25,408 nt of DNA from a virus (lineage: Duplodnaviria; Heunggongvirae; Uroviricota; Caudoviricetes), in IMG/VR virus record IMGVR_UViG_2734482775_000005, one strand, 5' to 3'. Below the pieces are notes generated by a model. It searched no databases. It was not told the DNA's origin and saw only the letters and a program-made list of their open reading frames with translations. Shown here piece by piece: positions 9,197 through 17,005 of the stretch (the stretch's first letter is position 1; the number at the start of each line of letters is the position of its first letter). The position numbers were made by a program, and so were the translations under genes.

Positions 9197-9430
9197 ATGC
9201 GCATTGAAATAATGATCGATAAAGAGCAGAAGATTAGCCAGTCTACCCTGGACGCCCTTGAATCCGAGCTTTACCGCAATCTGCGCCCCCTGTATCCCAA
9301 AACGGTAATTCGCATTCGCAAAGGTAGCTCTAACGGTGTGGAACTAACCGGACTGCAACTGGACGAAGAAAGAAAACAAGTGATGAAAATTATGCAGAAG
9401 GTGTGGGAAGACGACAGCTGGCTGCATTAA
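9197..9430 (+). CDS. dinI: DinI-like protein (DinI/MsgA family)
   Basis: 77 aa; MRIEIMIDK...LESELYRNLRPLYP...VWEDDSWL resembles E. coli DinI; GAGGTG RBS; same LexA-boxed operon. Confidence 0.7.
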   Translation: MRIEIMIDKEQKISQSTLDALESELYRNLRPLYPKTVIRIRKGSSNGVELTGLQLDEERKQVMKIMQKVWEDDSWLH

Positions 9431-9565
9431 GAAACGTTGCTGGCGTCTGAACTTGCTTCTGGCGTCAGCAAGGTTGAACAACGAGCCCTTGCGAGGCGTT
9501 AGCTCTGTAGTGCATGTCTATGCCGCATGAGATCGCATGATCGTTTGAGGATCGTTTTTGCTAAG

Positions 9566-9590
9566 GCCCGCCAGAACTGGCGGGCTTTTG
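9566..9590 (+). terminator. Rho-independent terminator ending the SOS operon
   Basis: GCCCGCCAG-AA-CTGGCGGGC stem-loop followed by TTTTG. Confidence 0.7.
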
Positions 9591-9788
9591 CGTAGATCAT
9601 GCAGGTGCATGAAAACCACTACATAAAGCGGGCAGGCGTGGCGGGGATACGAGCGCGCGCCCGGTAGTTTAAATATAAAGTTATCAAAAGATGTTTTGAT
9701 GGAACTTTGTTATGGTTAATGTGTCAACCAAGATGTAAACTATATTGAAAAGAACGTTATTGATGGATTTTAAAATTAGGAGGGCGAC

Positions 9789-10595
9789 ATGAGTGACAGC
9801 AATCGCATGTCCAATGCACCCGTATACTATGTGCTGGCGCAAGTTAAGTTTACGCCTATCAAGGCGATGAAAAAGTATGTCGATGACATTCAGGAAGCAT
9901 TGCGTTTAAGGGGCTATCCACTCTTTGAAAGAAGAGAGGCAATGCAAATGGTGTTTGATGTTAATACGCCCGGTGAATCGCCTCAGCCATCTTTTGAAAT
10001 GGTCCAGCAGTGGTATATGTCTGACATCACTAAGACTTCAGGTTTTGTCTTGGGTAACGATTTTATTACTTTCCAGACGACTGATTACAAAGAACATGAA
10101 CCGTTCTTTAAAGCATTGATGGAAGGATTGTCTGTCGTAATAGAACATGCTAACCCAGCCCTTTTGACAAGACTTGGTTTGAGGTATCTGGATGCCGTAA
10201 TACCTAGTGAGGGTGAAAAGATTGAGCAGTACCTTTGCAATGGCTTACATGGTGTAGATTTGGATTTATCTCCGATACAATCGGTTAACGAGATGGTTTT
10301 CCAAACAAATGTTGGTCCTGTTATAAGTACTGGCTTTTTAGTAACTCGTTTGCATAAGATGTTTGGTCAGTTGAGTTTTCCTCCAGATATCTTGCCCTTT
10401 GGGGTTGAAATGCTTGAGCGGTTCAGGAGCGACAAGGCTCTTTGGCATGGGATTATTGATACAGACCATTATGTTGAAGGAAACATGCCGCCAGAAATAG
10501 ATTCAATTGAGCAACAGTTCAATTCACTACATGGTGTTGTAAAGGAAAGCTTTAATAAAATGGTATCCCAACATGCCATTAATAGGTGGGTATAA
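9789..10595 (+). CDS. Cargo gene 1 of three-gene operon: unknown-function protein (268 aa)
   Basis: AGGAGGG RBS before ATG 9789; no family assigned with confidence (N-terminal NAPVYYVLAQVKF is, very tentatively, reminiscent of TIGR04255-type uncharacterised proteins); AT-rich versus phage core. Confidence 0.75.
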   Translation: MSDSNRMSNAPVYYVLAQVKFTPIKAMKKYVDDIQEALRLRGYPLFERREAMQMVFDVNTPGESPQPSFEMVQQWYMSDITKTSGFVLGNDFITFQTTDYKEHEPFFKALMEGLSVVIEHANPALLTRLGLRYLDAVIPSEGEKIEQYLCNGLHGVDLDLSPIQSVNEMVFQTNVGPVISTGFLVTRLHKMFGQLSFPPDILPFGVEMLERFRSDKALWHGIIDTDHYVEGNMPPEIDSIEQQFNSLHGVVKESFNKMVSQHAINRWV

Positions 10596-10612
10596 CACCG
10601 GGGAGGTGTAAT

Positions 10613-11254
10613 ATGCGTCAATCCATGACTGGTAGTTGCTATGGGACTCCTGGTTTAGCTCCTATTGCTGGAGCGTTATTTGTTGCAACCTCTATGTTCC
10701 TGAGTGGAACAGGAGCGAGCTATTCTGTGAAGGATGTAAACCAGTGGCGTGGTTTTGTACAACCTAAAGTCCATTTTGGGTTATCTAAACTTGAAAATCA
10801 TGGGGATACAGATAATGACCCTGTTGATATCAGGACAATTTCAGAACATTTAAGTAATGTTAGGGATACTCTTTCTCCATCAATGTCAGAACTGGCTAAA
10901 GATTTGGGTATTACTAGGCAAGCATTATACAAATGGTTATCCGGTGACAGTCAGCCTGATGATATTGGGAAAGCTGGTTACATCATTGAACTCAGTAGAT
11001 TAGCCGATCGCTTTAACAAAGCAGGAGTAGAAAATGCTAAGTTGATGTCAAAAATGAAAGCGTTTGACGGCTTATCTATTATTGATTTGATTAAGCGAGG
11101 CGATGACTGGAAGTCGTCTGTGAATCTCTTAATCGATGAAGCTCGCCAGCTTAAAATTGCAGGTGTAAAAGCGAATTTAACTGGGAGCAAAAGCACGCCA
11201 ACTGACGGGTGGATGTCGTCTGTTTCTATACCTGGTTCAGGAATGAAGGAGTAG
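10613..11254 (+). CDS. Cargo gene 2: protein with central XRE-type helix-turn-helix and an N-terminal hydrophobic segment
   Basis: ATG 10613 with GGGAGG RBS, 17 bp after gene 1 stop; HTH-like MSELAKDLGITRQALYKWLSGDSQP; N-terminal GLAPIAGALFVATSMFLSGTGA is possibly a membrane helix. Confidence 0.7.
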   Translation: MRQSMTGSCYGTPGLAPIAGALFVATSMFLSGTGASYSVKDVNQWRGFVQPKVHFGLSKLENHGDTDNDPVDIRTISEHLSNVRDTLSPSMSELAKDLGITRQALYKWLSGDSQPDDIGKAGYIIELSRLADRFNKAGVENAKLMSKMKAFDGLSIIDLIKRGDDWKSSVNLLIDEARQLKIAGVKANLTGSKSTPTDGWMSSVSIPGSGMKE

Positions 11255-11264
11255 ATAGTCATTT

Positions 11265-12104
11265 ATGGTTGATATTGCTACAGCATGGCGCCAAGGCCAG
11301 GTTCTTAGGCATGAGGATGCAGTTTCTTTGGGTATTCTTACCGAAGAGGAAATAGGCGTTAAAGTTGTCGTGATCAGTCATGATTGTGACTTGCAAAGCT
11401 CTTCTGAACCCAGCGTTGAGCTTATTGCTGGCCCTCTCATTAAGGGGGCCAGCAATTATGCACGTGCTAAACATCCCAGAGTTCTGCATTTGCATTTAGA
11501 GCAAGCGCGTGACGCGAATCAAAATGCAATTGAACTAAGACATGACAACAAATTTCGTATTGATAAAGAACGTTTCACGTGTGTGGGATGTGACCCTACT
11601 TGCCAAATATCCCCTGAGGAAAAGCAAGGTTTAAAACAATGGCTTGCTGCCCGCTATGGGCGACCTGCCTTTCCTGATGTTTTTGAGAGTAGGCTAAGAG
11701 CTTTCGACACAAAGAAATTTAGATTCGAAAAACAACTCGCAAAGATAATTAGCAAACATTCAGTCTATTTGATAGGTGTATTCTTTGATTTAGGCGAAGA
11801 TCGTTTCAATGATTTAGAGGAAGGTGTACCTTACGAACTGAATATTCATCTTGTCTATGATTCTATAGATGGTGGGCCGGATGCAAGAGCAGAGGCAGAG
11901 CAGGCGGCAACACAAATTGAAGAGTTCTTTGTAACGTACCATGGTGATGCGTCTGAAAGTGAACTCATTGCGCTTATGTCTTGTAACGCAGTTCCTGACG
12001 TTGAATTCAGTCTGTATGCGTTACGGCGAATGGACCAGTGGCGGGTTGAGTACATTAGTCTACAAGGTGATGACGTGGGTGATTACATCAACCCAGCCAT
12101 CTAA
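11265..12104 (+). CDS. Cargo gene 3: unknown-function protein (279 aa)
   Basis: ATG 11265 ten bp after gene 2 stop with AAGGAG upstream; no recognisable domain by eye; ends at the bidirectional terminator. Confidence 0.75.
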   Translation: MVDIATAWRQGQVLRHEDAVSLGILTEEEIGVKVVVISHDCDLQSSSEPSVELIAGPLIKGASNYARAKHPRVLHLHLEQARDANQNAIELRHDNKFRIDKERFTCVGCDPTCQISPEEKQGLKQWLAARYGRPAFPDVFESRLRAFDTKKFRFEKQLAKIISKHSVYLIGVFFDLGEDRFNDLEEGVPYELNIHLVYDSIDGGPDARAEAEQAATQIEEFFVTYHGDASESELIALMSCNAVPDVEFSLYALRRMDQWRVEYISLQGDDVGDYINPAI

Positions 12105-12110
12105 TATATT

Positions 12111-12153
12111 AAAAAGTACTGTGTGTTCAATTTGAACAAACAGTACATTTATT
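12111..12153. terminator. Bidirectional intrinsic terminator between convergent cargo gene 3 and portal gene Q
   Basis: Near-perfect 15-bp inverted repeat GTACTGTGTGTTCAA / TTGAACAAACAGTAC (one mismatch) flanked by AAAAA on the left and ATTTATT on the right. Confidence 0.55.
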
Positions 12154-13186
12154 CCCTTGGTTCTAGACAATATGATTCAAAGCGAGCTACCTCCTCACCA
12201 ACCCATTGGTTAAGTTCTTGCAGCCGCTTCTGTAGCGGAATTAGCTCGTTTCGGACAAAGACTTTGCTGGCCTTTTCCACATCACCAAACCCCCCGACAT
12301 TATTAGGCATAATCCCCATCATTTGCGGCGGCACGCGGTGCGCAGCCATCATGTCATCACGGCTCACGTTCTTGATATTCAGAAACTCATCCTTCGCTGC
12401 GACTTCTGACAACGGGATAATCTGAAGTCCGTCCTTTTTGCCGTTAGGCGAGTACATAAACAGATTGCGGAAGTTGCCAGGGCCTTTGGCGCTTTTCATC
12501 GCGTTGCGGAGGTTGTTCACATCCTCCTGGTTCTGCGCGGCATCGGTCATATACATGATGAAGCCTGCATGGCTGCCGTTGATGTAATACTTACGGCGGA
12601 ACAGCGTGGCGGACTCGTTGAGCAGGGCTGACGGAATGGCAGAAAGATAACCGGGCAGGCCGTAGATCTCCTGATTAATATCCGGTTCCATCAGATGAAA
12701 AATGCTGCCTTTCGTGAACTGATACGGCTGGGTTGTCATACCGTATTGCACAAACCAGTAGGTATCCAGGTCTAATCCGCGTCGGGTGTATTTTGCCAGC
12801 GCAGGTTCAAGGGCGATCACTTCACCGAAGCGGTTCGTGCGTTTCTCCAGATAGGCATTGCCAAATACCAGATAGTCCTGCACAAAACGCGAAAAAGCCT
12901 GCTGGCTGAGCAGAGGATGAGGGATATAGGTACTGGTCAGAATGTTACACTTTACTGCAATCGGGGAACTGTGATGCACGGCAGCGCGGAAGGTGCGCGC
13001 CAGTCCGTCAAAGCTGACGGGAGGCTCATACCAGCGGTCCATCTGTACGCATTCCACATAGTCCAGCAGTTCACGGCGGTCCAGAACAGGAACGGGATCG
13101 CCGAAGCTGAATGCTTCGGCTGTAGTTTGACTTTTAAGCTGGATCTGTTTCGTCGCCGCAGCTCGGTTCTTCTTACTCTTTCCCAT
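12149..13186 (-). CDS. Q: Portal (capsid portal vertex) protein, P2 gpQ-like
   Basis: About 345 aa; position and orientation as P2 Q; ATG at 13186 overlaps the terminase stop. Confidence 0.9.
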   Translation of the reverse strand: MGKSKKNRAAATKQIQLKSQTTAEAFSFGDPVPVLDRRELLDYVECVQMDRWYEPPVSFDGLARTFRAAVHHSSPIAVKCNILTSTYIPHPLLSQQAFSRFVQDYLVFGNAYLEKRTNRFGEVIALEPALAKYTRRGLDLDTYWFVQYGMTTQPYQFTKGSIFHLMEPDINQEIYGLPGYLSAIPSALLNESATLFRRKYYINGSHAGFIMYMTDAAQNQEDVNNLRNAMKSAKGPGNFRNLFMYSPNGKKDGLQIIPLSEVAAKDEFLNIKNVSRDDMMAAHRVPPQMMGIMPNNVGGFGDVEKASKVFVRNELIPLQKRLQELNQWVGEEVARFESYCLEPRE

Positions 13187-14952
13187 CAAAAAATCTCCAC
13201 AATATTGCTGGTATTGGCGGATTCGCCCTGCAGCGGTTCGTTAAACAGTGCGTGCATCGTTGCCCATGCCAGATCGGCGTGGCTGGCTTCTTCGCTGCGG
13301 CTGGCTTCATAGGTCGGGCGGTTGCCACTGGCGGTGGTGGCGCGACGGATTGCCATAAAGGACTGCGCTATGTCGGTGTGTCCGGCGTCAAACTCCAGAC
13401 GGCGGTGGCTGATAATGTCGTAGGCCTTGAGTACCAGGGCGTTTTTAACGTTGGGGTTGTAGACAAACTCCCGGACGGCAGGAAAGAACGCTTTCACGTT
13501 CTCATAAACCCCGTGACCGACACCTGTCGAGTCGATACCGATATAGGTCACGTTGTACTGTTCAGTCAGTTTTTTGATGGCGTCCGCCTGGGCACGGAAG
13601 TCCATCCCGCGCCACTGGTGACGCTCAAGAATGCGGAATTTACCGCCCGGCACGGCTGGCGGAGCCACCACCACGCATCCGGCACTGTCGCCGTTCTGCG
13701 TACCTTTTGCCGGGTCATAACCGATCCACACCTCGCGCCAGCCAAACGGGCGCAGGGCCAGTGCATGAAAGTCGGTCCAGACTTCCCAACTGTCCACCAT
13801 GCACGCCTGCAGTTCGCTGAGCGGGAACACGGACGCGAGATCGTCTACGAACTCGCACATCAGCAGGTTCTGGTATTCGTCCGGGCTGTACTCCATGCGT
13901 AGCTGGTCGAGGTCGAACAGGTTACAGCCGCCGCGCACCGCATCTTCCACGGTGACTATCTGGCGGTATTGCCCGTCTGCGCACAGCAGGCCGGGGGCCA
14001 GATTGCTGTGGGACAGGTCGATGTCCACCTTGTCAGCTTTGTTGCGCCCACGGTTGAACAGCGCACCGGACCAGAACGGATAAGCACTGTGGGTCAGGCT
14101 GGATGGTGTGGAAAAATAGGTCTGCCGCCATTTCTTGTGAATAGCCATACCGGAAGCCACTTTGCGCAGCTCCTGAAATTTTGGTATCCAGAAATATTCA
14201 TCCAGATACAGGTTGCCGTGGTAACTCTGGGCCGTGCGGGCATTGGTGCCGAGGAAGTAAAGCGTGGCCCCGTTGGGAAGCACCATCGGATCGCCTTTCA
14301 GCTCCGCCTCCACTTCTTTGGCGAAGTCGATGATGTACTGCTTAAAGACGTGAGCCTGTGCCTTACTGGCAGAAAGGAAAATCTGGTTACGTCCGGTAAG
14401 CAGGGCGTCAATCAGGGCTTCACGGGCAAAGTAAAAGGTCGCGCCGATCTGGCGTGACTTCAGCAGGTTGCGGATGCGGTTGGTTTTTCCGGCTTCCCAC
14501 CAGTGGCGCTGGTAGTTGAACATGGAGGAATGGAAGATTTCTTCCAGCTTCTCAATCTGTTCATCGGTGAAGACATTCTTTTCCGGCTGACGGCGCGGGC
14601 CTTTGTTGCGGTTGGCGACGTTAGGGTTTAAGTCAGCTTCGTTGCCGCCATTGTTAAACTTGCCGATCCGCGCGTGGCGCTCAGACTGGCGCGCCAGCAG
14701 GTCAATCTCTTTGAAATCTTTCCCTTCTTTGTGCTCCTTCATAATGAGCTGGCAGTAGCGTGCGGCGGTGGTGAGCTGCATCTGATCCAGCGGCCCATAG
14801 TCACCCCACTTGTCGCGTTTTTTCCAGCTGTGAACGGTTGCAACTTTCTCGCCCAGCATTTCAGCAATGCGGGCTACGCGGTATCCCTGAAAGTACAGCA
14901 GCATGGCCTGCCGACGGGGATCGAGATCTGCGGGTGTCAGTGTGGTGTTCAT
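13186..14952 (-). CDS. P: Terminase large (ATPase) subunit, P2 gpP-like
   Basis: 588 aa; conserved position upstream of Q and divergent from O. Confidence 0.9.
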   Translation of the reverse strand: MNTTLTPADLDPRRQAMLLYFQGYRVARIAEMLGEKVATVHSWKKRDKWGDYGPLDQMQLTTAARYCQLIMKEHKEGKDFKEIDLLARQSERHARIGKFNNGGNEADLNPNVANRNKGPRRQPEKNVFTDEQIEKLEEIFHSSMFNYQRHWWEAGKTNRIRNLLKSRQIGATFYFAREALIDALLTGRNQIFLSASKAQAHVFKQYIIDFAKEVEAELKGDPMVLPNGATLYFLGTNARTAQSYHGNLYLDEYFWIPKFQELRKVASGMAIHKKWRQTYFSTPSSLTHSAYPFWSGALFNRGRNKADKVDIDLSHSNLAPGLLCADGQYRQIVTVEDAVRGGCNLFDLDQLRMEYSPDEYQNLLMCEFVDDLASVFPLSELQACMVDSWEVWTDFHALALRPFGWREVWIGYDPAKGTQNGDSAGCVVVAPPAVPGGKFRILERHQWRGMDFRAQADAIKKLTEQYNVTYIGIDSTGVGHGVYENVKAFFPAVREFVYNPNVKNALVLKAYDIISHRRLEFDAGHTDIAQSFMAIRRATTASGNRPTYEASRSEEASHADLAWATMHALFNEPLQGESANTSNIVEIF

Positions 14953-14998
14953 GGCACAAACCTACAGCCTTGAATGAAGGCTTTCCCCGCCTGCGGTT

Positions 14999-15016
14999 TG
15001 TGTGGTTGTCGGTACA
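14999..15016 (+). promoter_or_regulatory. Late-promoter activator site (TGT-N12-ACA dyad, Ogr/B-type) in the P/O divergent region
   Basis: TGTgtggttgtcggtACA about 85 bp upstream of the O start codon; P2-family late promoters carry such a dyad near -55. Confidence 0.45.
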
Positions 15017-15094
15017 AATACCGCGCATTGTTTCACGGCCCCCATCACCGCAACCATAAGGCTCCAGTAAGTTTTTTCTAACGGAGCACGGCTC

Positions 15095-15928
15095 ATGACA
15101 GTGAAAGCAAAGCGTTTTCGCATCGGGGTGGAAGGTGCCACCACCGACGGACGCGAAATCCAGCGTGAATGGCTGGAACAGATGGCAGCCAGCTACAACC
15201 CGGCGGTGTATACCGCGCTGATTAACCTTGAGCACATCAAGTCTTATCTCCCGGACAGCACCTTTAACCGCTACGGCAAGGTGACGGCGCTGTTTGCTGA
15301 AGAAATCACGGAAGGCCCGCTGGCAGGCAAGATGGCTCTGTATGCCGACGTTGAGCCAACGGAGTCCCTGGTGGAACTGGTGAAAAAAGGCCAGAAATTA
15401 TTCACCTCTATGGAAGTCAGCCCGAAGTTCGCTGATACGGGCAAAGCCTACCTGGTCGGCCTGGCTGCCACTGATGATCCTGCCAGTCTGGGCACTGAAA
15501 TGCTGACATTCAGCGCCAGTGCAGCCCATAACCCGCTGGCAAACCGCAAGCAGAATCCCGCCAATCTCTTTACCGCCGCAGAGGAAACGGTGATCGAACT
15601 GGAAGAAGTCCAGGACGACAAACCGTCCCTGTTTGCCCGCGTCACGGCGCTGTTTACCAAAAAAGAGCAGTCCGATGACGCCCGGTTCTCTGATGTGCAT
15701 AAGGCCGTGGAGCTGGTCGCCACTGAGCAGCAGAACCTGAGCGCACGCACCGAAAAATCCCTGTCTGAGCAGGAAGAACGTCTGTCTGAGCTGGAGACTG
15801 CCCTGCAGGCACAGCAGAACGCCTTTAACGAACTGGTGAATAAGCTGAGTCATGAAGACAGCCGCCAGGACTACCGCCAGCGTGCAACAGGCGGTAACGC
15901 CCCCGCTGACACTCTGACCAATTGCTGA
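15095..15928 (+). CDS. O: Capsid scaffolding protein, P2 gpO-like
   Basis: 277 aa; N-terminal FRIGVEGATTDGREI; GGAG RBS. Confidence 0.85.
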   Translation: MTVKAKRFRIGVEGATTDGREIQREWLEQMAASYNPAVYTALINLEHIKSYLPDSTFNRYGKVTALFAEEITEGPLAGKMALYADVEPTESLVELVKKGQKLFTSMEVSPKFADTGKAYLVGLAATDDPASLGTEMLTFSASAAHNPLANRKQNPANLFTAAEETVIELEEVQDDKPSLFARVTALFTKKEQSDDARFSDVHKAVELVATEQQNLSARTEKSLSEQEERLSELETALQAQQNAFNELVNKLSHEDSRQDYRQRATGGNAPADTLTNC

Positions 15929-15943
15929 TGGAGCACAAACCTG

Positions 15944-17002
15944 ATGAAGAAGAATACCCGCTTTGCTTTTAACGCTTATCTGCAGCAACTGGCACGTCTG
16001 AACGGTGTGGCAGTTGAAGAACTGTCCAGCAAGTTCACTGTAGAGCCGTCTGTGCAGCAGACGCTGGAAGACCAGATCCAGCAGTCCGCCGCTTTCCTGA
16101 CGCTGATTAACGTCACGCCAGTGACTGAGCAGTCCGGTCAGCTGCTGGGGCTGGGTGTTGGCAGCACCATTGCCGGAACCACTGACACCACCGCGAAAGA
16201 GCGTGAACCTGTCGATCCGACGCTGATGGTCGATGTGGAATACAAATGCGAGCAGACCAACTTTGACACGGTGCTGACCTACGCGAAGCTGGACCTGTGG
16301 GCGAAGTTTCAGGATTTCCAGGTGCGTATCCGTGACGCCATCGTGAAACGTCAGGCACTGGACCGCATCATGATCGGCTTTAACGGCGTGAAGCGTGCGA
16401 AAACCTCCAACCGTAGTGAAAACCCGCTGCTGCAGGATGTGAACAAAGGCTGGCTGCAGAAAATCCGTGAGGATGCACCGGATCACGTCATGGGCAGCAC
16501 CACCACGGGCGGTGAAACCACTCCGGGTGCGGTGAAAGTCGGGAAAGGTGGCGAATATGCCAACCTGGACGCTGTGGTGATGGATGCCGTCAATGAGCTT
16601 ATCGACGTGGTTTACCAGGACGATGACGATCTGGTGGTGATTTGCGGTCGTGAACTGTTGTCTGACAAGTATTTCCCGCTGGTCAACAAAGAGCAGGAAA
16701 ACAGTGAAAAACTGGCTGCCGATATGATCATCAGCCAGAAACGCATGGGTGGCCTGCAGGCCGTGCGTGCGCCGTTCTTCCCGCCGAATGCGCTGCTGAT
16801 CACCCGTCTGGATAACCTGTCCATCTACTGGCAGGAAGACACCCGCCGCCGTTCAGTTATCGACAACCCGAAACGTGACCGGATTGAAAACTTTGAATCC
16901 GTTAATGAAGCCTATGTGGTTGAGGACTACCGCTGCGCCGCACTGGTGGAAAACATCCAGATTGGTGATTTCAGCGCCGCCGCAGCCGAAACCGGAGCGT
17001 AA
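15944..17002 (+). CDS. N: Major capsid protein, P2 gpN-like
   Basis: 352 aa; position between O and M. Confidence 0.9.
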   Translation: MKKNTRFAFNAYLQQLARLNGVAVEELSSKFTVEPSVQQTLEDQIQQSAAFLTLINVTPVTEQSGQLLGLGVGSTIAGTTDTTAKEREPVDPTLMVDVEYKCEQTNFDTVLTYAKLDLWAKFQDFQVRIRDAIVKRQALDRIMIGFNGVKRAKTSNRSENPLLQDVNKGWLQKIREDAPDHVMGSTTTGGETTPGAVKVGKGGEYANLDAVVMDAVNELIDVVYQDDDDLVVICGRELLSDKYFPLVNKEQENSEKLAADMIISQKRMGGLQAVRAPFFPPNALLITRLDNLSIYWQEDTRRRSVIDNPKRDRIENFESVNEAYVVEDYRCAALVENIQIGDFSAAAAETGA

Positions 17003-17005
17003 TCC

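Noticed and set aside
9431-9530. Small RNA or structured element in the imperfect inverted repeats TTGCTGGCGTC...GACGCCAGCAA after the DinI-like gene
   Set aside because: The repeats are imperfect (about 10 of 13), there is no clear promoter or terminator pairing specific to them, and they are not distinguishable from chance by eye.
9690-9780. Specific sigma70 promoter for the three-gene operon (for example TTGAAA at 9745-9750)
   Set aside because: Candidate -35 hexamers lack a convincing -10 at 16-18 bp spacing. The region is AT-rich and probably holds the promoter, but I could not place it confidently enough to annotate.
12105-12148. cos (cohesive end) site in the cargo/Q intergenic gap
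   Set aside because: The segment is short and AT-rich and dominated by the terminator palindrome; I do not recognise a P2-like GC-rich cos sequence. Left unresolved rather than called.
15398-16486. Long antisense ORF (362 aa) and similar reverse-strand ORFs (7598-8320, 13252-13902, 16853-17335, 20377-20934, 21795-22697, 22816-23403)
   Set aside because: They lie antisense to well-supported conserved phage genes (O/N, A, P, M, S/V, W/J, I) in GC-rich DNA where stop codons are rare; their translations are Arg/Cys/Gln-rich and low-complexity; no RBS.
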